From an uncultured Muribaculaceae bacterium (GTDB taxonomy: Bacteria; Bacillota_I; Bacilli_A; RF39; UBA660): DNA of 6,600 bases. The first letter of the stretch is position 1. Every line of letters starts with the position of its first letter. The DNA lies in assembly GCA_964465245.1 (NCBI GenBank), contig CAYXHQ010000057.1, positions 1 through 6,600 on the forward strand, written 5' to 3'. Below the pieces are notes generated by a model. That model had not been told where the DNA came from, ran no database searches, and saw only the letters and a list, made by a program, of their open reading frames with translations. Position numbers and translations under genes: made by a program. Of the stretch, positions 1-4,325 are shown one piece after another.

Positions 1-80
1 TAGTATGATAAAGAAAAAAATCCGTAAAAAACGGACTTTAGTCTAAAAATTTACGAATTACTTTGTCAACAGTCTGTAAA

Positions 81-107
81 GACTATAATAAATTATAGTC
101 TTTTTTT
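81..107 (+). terminator. Rho-independent terminator for an upstream, off-window + strand gene
   Basis: A perfect 8-bp stem gactataa (81-88) / ttatagtc (93-100) with a 4-nt loop taaa is followed immediately by T7 (101-107). Confidence 0.6.
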
Positions 108-108
108 G

Positions 109-167
109 TGACTAATTTAAAATACATTCTTTGACTAATTTAAAGTGATGCTATTGACTTATTTAAA
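109..167 (+). repeat. Three direct 13-nt repeats TGACTAATTTAAA with an exact 23-bp period
   Basis: tgactaatttaaa occurs at 109-121 and 132-144 (identical copies). tgacttatttaaa occurs at 155-167 (1 mismatch). The starts at 109, 132 and 155 are spaced exactly 23 bp apart. A fourth, interrupted copy, tgac-cggggggg-ttaaa, lies at 202-218 and overlaps the -35 box. Confidence 0.7.
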
Positions 168-200
168 TCAATCTTAAGAAATTATAATATTCGTTAAGTA

Positions 201-229
201 TTGACCGGGGGGGTTAAATAAGATATAAT
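201..229 (+). promoter_or_regulatory. Sigma70-type promoter of the DGR target gene/operon
   Basis: TTGACC (201-206), a 17-nt spacer (207-223) and TATAAT (224-229). This lies 21 nt upstream of the ATG at 251, with an aaggtaggaaag Shine-Dalgarno region at 236-247. Confidence 0.65.
207..213 (+). repeat. G7 homopolymer inside the promoter spacer (candidate slipped-strand phase-variation tract)
   Basis: ccgggggggtt: seven consecutive G at 207-213, the only long G/C run seen in an otherwise extremely AT-rich window. It lies exactly between the -35 and -10 hexamers. Confidence 0.6.
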
Positions 230-250
230 CTACTTAAGGTAGGAAAGTAT

Positions 251-1858
251 ATGAAGAATAAAAAATTAAACATATTGTTTATTGCTATAATTACATGTTC
301 TATATTTATTTCGAGTGTTTTACTTCAAGCGATAAGTTATAATACAGTAACATTCAATGAAAAAGACACCCTAATAGATAGATACTATAGCGACGTACTT
401 GAACCAAGAAAGAGCGTATTGGTAGAAAGTGCTCCTTTTACATGCACAGGTACTACTAAAATAAGTTGTACTGGCAGTGATAATATTTCTTCAATTTCAG
501 CATCAGAATATAATGCAATCGGAAGAAGGTCTTATCTAACAACGGATGACCCATATTGGGTAACTGGAGATGAAACTGGGACTACTGCAAATAGTGTTAC
601 TATTGATGGATTAAAAGAATTAGCAAAAGAAAATTTATCTGGTGCAAGAGCATCTGTTTATATAAAAGAAAGTACTAAACTTACTGGAAGTGGCACTAGA
701 AGAGACCCTTATAGAATAGAAGAATACATTCCTCCTGTTCCAGAACAAGATGTTAATATTTTAGCAATATATATTGATTGGAATAGTGATGGAGACTATG
801 AAGATAGAGTTGGAGCAGAAGACGAGTCAGTTGCCAGAACTTCTATTCCATCAGATAAAAGTTATGTATTAGATGAGTCTATGACAAATTGTACTAATGG
901 AGAAACTGTTAAATGGAATACGGTATCTAAGTCAATTACTATATCACCCTTAGAAGGACAAACAAGTTGTAGAGTATATCTAAAAAATGTTACAAATTAT
1001 CTAGTAAATGCAATCGCAGAACCTTATAAAACAAATACTGCACAAGGTTCACTGTATAATGAATTTGTAGGCAAATATGTAATAATGGATCCAAGCGTAT
1101 GTAATAGTGCAGGTGTATGTGGACTAATACCTGATCCATACAATAATTTAGCTGTTGCAAATCCACAGTCTGCTTGTAGCTTAAATACTACGGGAGGATT
1201 AACCGATGAATCCACTGGTAACTGTAATGTCAACATAACATATTGTAATTCCTATCCTTCATATCAATCATCCCTTAGAAATTGGAGAATAGTATATGTA
1301 GAAGATTTATACGAACCAACTGATATAACATACAGTAATAAAAATTTAGAAGCAAATATATATATAGTCTCATCTAGAAGTGTAGAATGTAACACTTACA
1401 AAACAAATCCTGCAAATACTATAAGTAATCTTAATAATGCAGCAAAAAAATACTGTAATAATGCAATAGTAGATGGAGGAACTTGCAATAGTACAAACGT
1501 ATATGCATTTAATGGAACAGATTTTGAAAGAATATCAAAGTATACAAGAGGAAGACTAAATTTAGCATCTAACACATTCATCACACTTACTAGTTGCCGG
1601 GATGCCTCAAGCGCTCAATGTTTTAATAGTTCAAAAGATGCAAATAATTTTAATTCGATAGTAAACAATGGCGAATATTATTGGTTTGCTAGTGCAATTG
1701 GCTCTTACGCTGTCTATACCTGGATTCCGGACGCCATGCGTGTGACCAGCAACAACACAAACCCGTTTGGTCTTCGCCCTGTCCTAAAGCTAAAATCTGG
1801 TATCAAATATACGGGTGGAACAGGTACTGCGGAAGATCCGTATAAAATAATACCTTAA
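251..1858 (+). CDS. DGR target (variable) protein; secreted or surface Cys-rich protein with a diversified C-terminal ligand-binding domain
   Basis: A 535-aa ORF with an RBS. The N-terminus MKNKKLNILFIAIITCSIFISSVLL looks like a signal peptide or membrane anchor (a possible non-canonical lipobox at IIT-C). There are many Cys residues. The C-terminal codons 480-505 form the VR matching the TR at 3058-3146. The ...NPFGLRPVLKLK ending resembles the last strand of C-type-lectin-fold DGR variable domains, but the family cannot be assigned by eye. Confidence 0.9.
   Translation: MKNKKLNILFIAIITCSIFISSVLLQAISYNTVTFNEKDTLIDRYYSDVLEPRKSVLVESAPFTCTGTTKISCTGSDNISSISASEYNAIGRRSYLTTDDPYWVTGDETGTTANSVTIDGLKELAKENLSGARASVYIKESTKLTGSGTRRDPYRIEEYIPPVPEQDVNILAIYIDWNSDGDYEDRVGAEDESVARTSIPSDKSYVLDESMTNCTNGETVKWNTVSKSITISPLEGQTSCRVYLKNVTNYLVNAIAEPYKTNTAQGSLYNEFVGKYVIMDPSVCNSAGVCGLIPDPYNNLAVANPQSACSLNTTGGLTDESTGNCNVNITYCNSYPSYQSSLRNWRIVYVEDLYEPTDITYSNKNLEANIYIVSSRSVECNTYKTNPANTISNLNNAAKKYCNNAIVDGGTCNSTNVYAFNGTDFERISKYTRGRLNLASNTFITLTSCRDASSAQCFNSSKDANNFNSIVNNGEYYWFASAIGSYAVYTWIPDAMRVTSNNTNPFGLRPVLKLKSGIKYTGGTGTAEDPYKIIP
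1686..1777 (+). other. DGR variable region (VR)
   Basis: Aligns with the TR at 3058-3146. Every substitution is at a TR adenine and non-A positions are 100% identical. It ends in a shared 14-nt A-free block, cgtttggtcttcgc (1764-1777). Confidence 0.92.
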
Positions 1859-1870
1859 TGGAAAAAAGGA

Positions 1871-1904
1871 ATTCACTAAGTGGGCTTTTAGTCCACTAGT
1901 GAAT
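1871..1904 (+). other. Inverted repeat/hairpin just after the target-gene stop codon (candidate DGR target-site cruciform or attenuator)
   Basis: attcactaagtgg (1871-1883) pairs with ccactagtgaat (1893-1904): a 12-bp stem with one bulged A and a 9-nt loop gcttttagt. No T-run follows on the + strand. An A6 run precedes it, which would be a T-run on the - strand. Confidence 0.5.
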
Positions 1905-1912
1905 GAGTAAAA

Positions 1913-2314
1913 ATGATTGATGATATAAAAAAAGTGGAAAATAATAGTTTGATAATTATACTAGATTTAGATAAATATATTGTTTATTATAATGATATAT
2001 ATATTCTATACTATTTCTTTAACTATAAATATTTTGTTAATAAAAAAGGCAAGTATTTAACAAATAGTTTAAAATACTTAAATAGAGTAATAAAAATATT
2101 AAATGAATATAAAATTAATTATTTAGTATTAGAAAAAAGAAATAATTATAACACTTTAATGAATAAAAAATTTGATGATAATTTTTATAAATATTATATA
2201 AAAAAAGGAAAGACAAAATATAAAAGAAAAAAAATAATTAATAATATGTATAAATCTCTTAAGAAAATTGATAATGTGAGAATACTAAAGATAATAGAGG
2301 AATGTAATTTATGA
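1913..2314 (+). CDS. Small MutS N-terminal-domain-like DGR accessory protein, divergent copy 1
   Basis: A 133-aa ORF paralogous to the next ORF. DKYIVYYN-DIYILYYFFNYK...TNSLKYLNRVIKILNEYKINYLV aligns with GKFYITFNKDAYIVGGIFNYK...INSLAKVINKLENMKINYIV. Its stop overlaps the next start (ATGA at 2311-2314). Confidence 0.6.
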   Translation: MIDDIKKVENNSLIIILDLDKYIVYYNDIYILYYFFNYKYFVNKKGKYLTNSLKYLNRVIKILNEYKINYLVLEKRNNYNTLMNKKFDDNFYKYYIKKGKTKYKRKKIINNMYKSLKKIDNVRILKIIEECNL

Positions 2315-2706
2315 AAGAAAAATATGAAAAAATTAAAAATGAGTATTTAGAATATGTTGTTTTTATTAAAAGCGGAAAATTTTATATAACTTTTAATAAA
2401 GATGCATATATTGTTGGTGGGATTTTTAATTATAAAATAATAAATTCTAAAGTTGGATTTCCTATTAATTCTTTAGCAAAGGTAATTAATAAATTGGAAA
2501 ATATGAAAATCAATTATATAGTTGATAATGATGAAAAGAAAAATTTTAAAAATTTAAATAATTATAATGATTGTTATAAAAGATGTTGTGAATTACAAGA
2601 GAAAAGAAAAAATATTGAAAATATAGTTAAGTGTTTAAATAAATCTATAAATAGTGATGAATTTAATATAATTATTAAAAAAATAAATGGTATTATTAAT
2701 GAATAA
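2311..2706 (+). CDS. Small MutS N-terminal (mismatch-binding domain I)-like DGR accessory protein, copy 2
   Basis: A 131-aa ORF with a gagga RBS about 11 nt upstream. KYEKIKNEYLEYVVFIKSGKFYITFNKDAYIVGGIFNYKII..KVGFPINSLAKVINKLENMKINYIV parallels E. coli MutS [68 protein letters not shown]. It has no ATPase or other MutS domains. Confidence 0.65.
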   Translation: MKEKYEKIKNEYLEYVVFIKSGKFYITFNKDAYIVGGIFNYKIINSKVGFPINSLAKVINKLENMKINYIVDNDEKKNFKNLNNYNDCYKRCCELQEKRKNIENIVKCLNKSINSDEFNIIIKKINGIINE

Positions 2707-3052
2707 TGAAGATAATTTTAAAATTTTTTATTATATCAAAAGATTAATTAAATATTATGATAAAATATTGATTAATTTTCCACATAAAGAATTAGAATTA
2801 AAAAAAATATTAGTTAATGAATTACATTTAATACTTAAATTAAGTTACTTGGCAAATGAATCTAAAAATGATATCAGATATAATTATCAATGTGAAATGG
2901 TTGCTTCTATTAAGTTTGTATGTTTTATAACAGATGAATGTGAAGAAAAGTGTATTATATCTAAAAAACAATATTTATTGATAGGAGAGAATCTCAACAA
3001 TATTTTGAAGTATTTAAAAGGATGGATGAAATCCTGTTTAAAGAAGGTGTAG
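2699..3052 (+). CDS. avd: Avd (accessory variability determinant), four-helix-bundle protein
   Basis: About 117-121 aa and predicted all-helical. LINFPHKELELKKILVNELHLILKLSYLANESKN and IGENLNNILKYLKGWMKS parallel Bordetella-phage bAvd IAQSIPRKHGVAREMFLKCLLGQVELFIVAGKSN and IAEVGRILGSWIAR. It sits immediately upstream of the TR, the canonical avd position. The start is either ATG 2699 (overlapping the upstream stop at 2704-2706) or ATG 2687. Confidence 0.8.
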   Translation: MNNEDNFKIFYYIKRLIKYYDKILINFPHKELELKKILVNELHLILKLSYLANESKNDIRYNYQCEMVASIKFVCFITDECEEKCIISKKQYLLIGENLNNILKYLKGWMKSCLKKV

Positions 3053-3057
3053 AATTG

Positions 3058-3146
3058 TAAATAGTGCAAATGACTCAAACAATGTCTATAACTGGAATCC
3101 GAACAACATGAATGTGAACAACAACACAAACACGTTTGGTCTTCGC
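3058..3146 (+). other. DGR template repeat (TR)
   Basis: Begins 6 nt after the avd stop. Read in the VR frame it is aat agt gca aat gac tca aac aat gtc tat aac tgg aat ccg aac aac atg aat gtg aac aac aac aca aac acg ttt ggt ctt cgc. That gives 13 AAY codons out of 29, and a TGA stop follows immediately. It is non-coding, and the - strand ORF 2887-3231 over it is spurious. Confidence 0.92.
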
Positions 3147-3294
3147 TGATTTCAAATATATGTTTGAATATAATAACTATGTGTTTTATATGAATACGTA
3201 TTTGAACAAATTTTATTCCTTGATTTATCAAAAATTAAAAAAGCAAATTATGGTGTTAGTAAATTAATTTGAAAAGGCTAATAATTTAAAAATC

Positions 3295-3333
3295 TTTTTT
3301 ATTAAAAAGTATTAGGTACTTTTTAATAAGGAA
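3295..3333 (+). promoter_or_regulatory. Long hairpin in the TR-RT spacer that overlaps the RT Shine-Dalgarno sequence
   Basis: The perfect 11-bp core attaaaaagta (3301-3311) / tactttttaat (3317-3327) has a loop ttagg. It can be extended by tttttt (3295-3300) pairing with aaggaa (3328-3333), including G-U pairs, which covers the aagga RBS 8 nt upstream of ATG 3341. Confidence 0.5.
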
Positions 3334-3340
3334 TATTTTT

Positions 3341-4276
3341 ATGAAAAGAATCAACAATATTTATGAAAATTGTTATAATATAAATAATATTTTATTATCT
3401 TTTGATGAAGTTATCTATAAAACTAAAAATAAAAAAGAAGTAAATAAAGCATTATCATTAAAACCAATATATATTTATAATGCATATAATGTTTTGAAAA
3501 ATAGAATATATGCTCCTGGAGATTATATCCATAAAATAATATATGAGCCTAAAAAAAGAGATATTTATTATCAAAATATATTTGATAAACTAATTAATAA
3601 TATAGTATGTAGGAATATACTTATACCTTGTTTAGAACCCTCTTTAATCAATACTTCTGTAGCAAGCAGAAAAAACATGGGTACTCATAAAGGATTAAAA
3701 TTATATTTTGAATATAGAAGGATAATGAATAAAAAATATAAAAAGTATTATATTTTAAAACTTGATATTAAAGGTTATTATAAACACATATCAAAAGAAG
3801 TATTATATAAAAAAGTGTGTAATAAAATTAAAGATAAAGAAGCATTAAAAATAATTTATAACATTATTTTTTCTTTTAAAGAAAGTGGGATTTCTATTGG
3901 AAATATGTCTAGTCAAATATTTGCGTTATATTATCTAAATGAAATTGATCATATGATAAAAGAGGAGTTTAAAATAAAGTATTATATAAGATATCAAGAT
4001 GATTTTATTTTAATGCATAATAATTTAGAAAATTTAAAAAAAGTATTAAATGTTTTAAAAAAAGAATTATTAAATATAAATTTAGAAATAAATAATAAAA
4101 CTAAAATATATTCAAACAAAGATAATATGATTTTTTTGGGTGTAAACAAGTTTGGAAAAAGAAAAATTAAATTTAACAAAATAAAGAATATTAAAAAATC
4201 TTATATGAATGAAAATCTAAATTTAAATCATTACATATTTTTAAAAAAATATTACAAAGAAAAATTGTTTTATTGA
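3341..4276 (+). CDS. DGR reverse transcriptase
   Basis: A 311-aa ORF. RT motifs present are IYEPKKRDIY (1), SVASRKNMGTHKGL (2a), YILKLDIKGYYKHIS (3), GISIGNMSSQIFALYYLNEIDH (4, with the DGR-diagnostic GxxxSQ at nt 3896-3916), YIRYQDDFIL (5, YQDD at 3992-4003) and MIFLG (7). It has no maturase/X, endonuclease or retron-type features. Confidence 0.93.
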   Translation: MKRINNIYENCYNINNILLSFDEVIYKTKNKKEVNKALSLKPIYIYNAYNVLKNRIYAPGDYIHKIIYEPKKRDIYYQNIFDKLINNIVCRNILIPCLEPSLINTSVASRKNMGTHKGLKLYFEYRRIMNKKYKKYYILKLDIKGYYKHISKEVLYKKVCNKIKDKEALKIIYNIIFSFKESGISIGNMSSQIFALYYLNEIDHMIKEEFKIKYYIRYQDDFILMHNNLENLKKVLNVLKKELLNINLEINNKTKIYSNKDNMIFLGVNKFGKRKIKFNKIKNIKKSYMNENLNLNHYIFLKKYYKEKLFY

Positions 4277-4301
4277 TAGAATAATATTTAAATGTTAAAA
4301 T
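4273..4301 (+). promoter_or_regulatory. Possible ffh promoter (extended -10)
   Basis: TTGATA (4273-4278), a 17-nt spacer and TAAAAT (4296-4301) preceded by TGT (4293-4295). Such matches are easy to get by chance in AT-rich DNA. Confidence 0.3.
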
Positions 4302-4325
4302 AAGATATAGAAAAAAGGTGAATAT

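Larger units (their letters stand above)
201..4276 (+). mobile_element. Diversity-generating retroelement (DGR) cassette: target/VR, MutS-domain-I-like x2, avd, TR, RT
   Basis: A co-oriented, tightly packed gene set. It has a TR/VR repeat pair differing only at TR adenines, an Avd-like ORF, and an RT carrying the DGR-specific SQ motif. Confidence 0.93.

Noticed and set aside
14-40. The hairpin tccgt-aaaaa-acgga (21-35) flanked by A7, which would read as a stem plus T7 terminator on the - strand
   Set aside because: The stem is only 5 bp, and no - strand gene to its right exists in the window for it to terminate. The stronger + strand terminator at 81-107 explains this intergenic region.
1024-1584. 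The - strand ORFs 1024-1236 and 1396-1584 inside the target gene
   Set aside because: Both are short, fully nested antisense to the 535-aa CDS, and have no motifs or RBS.
2687-2698. The longer avd start at ATG 2687 (MVLLMNN...)
   Set aside because: It is not excluded. However, ATG 2699 overlaps the upstream stop in a typical coupling arrangement, and neither start has a clear SD. The CDS is reported from 2699, with the alternative noted.
2887-3231. A 114-aa ORF on the - strand covering the avd 3' end, the TR and part of the spacer
   Set aside because: It lies antisense to a well-supported avd CDS and to the non-coding TR. The product is low-complexity and Cys/His/Ile-rich with no recognisable motifs or RBS. 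It is typical of a spurious antisense ORF in AT-rich DNA.
3994-4179. The - strand ORF inside the RT gene
   Set aside because: It lies antisense to RT motifs 5-7, and its Phe/Lys/Leu-rich product is just the reverse complement of AT-rich coding sequence.
3341-4276. Alternative identities for the RT: retron, group II intron, Abi or CRISPR-associated RT
   Set aside because: Motif 4 carries the DGR-type GxxxSQ. There is no maturase/X or endonuclease domain, no intron RNA domains, no msr/msd-like inverted repeats and no cas genes or repeats. A cognate TR/VR pair with A-specific changes is present.
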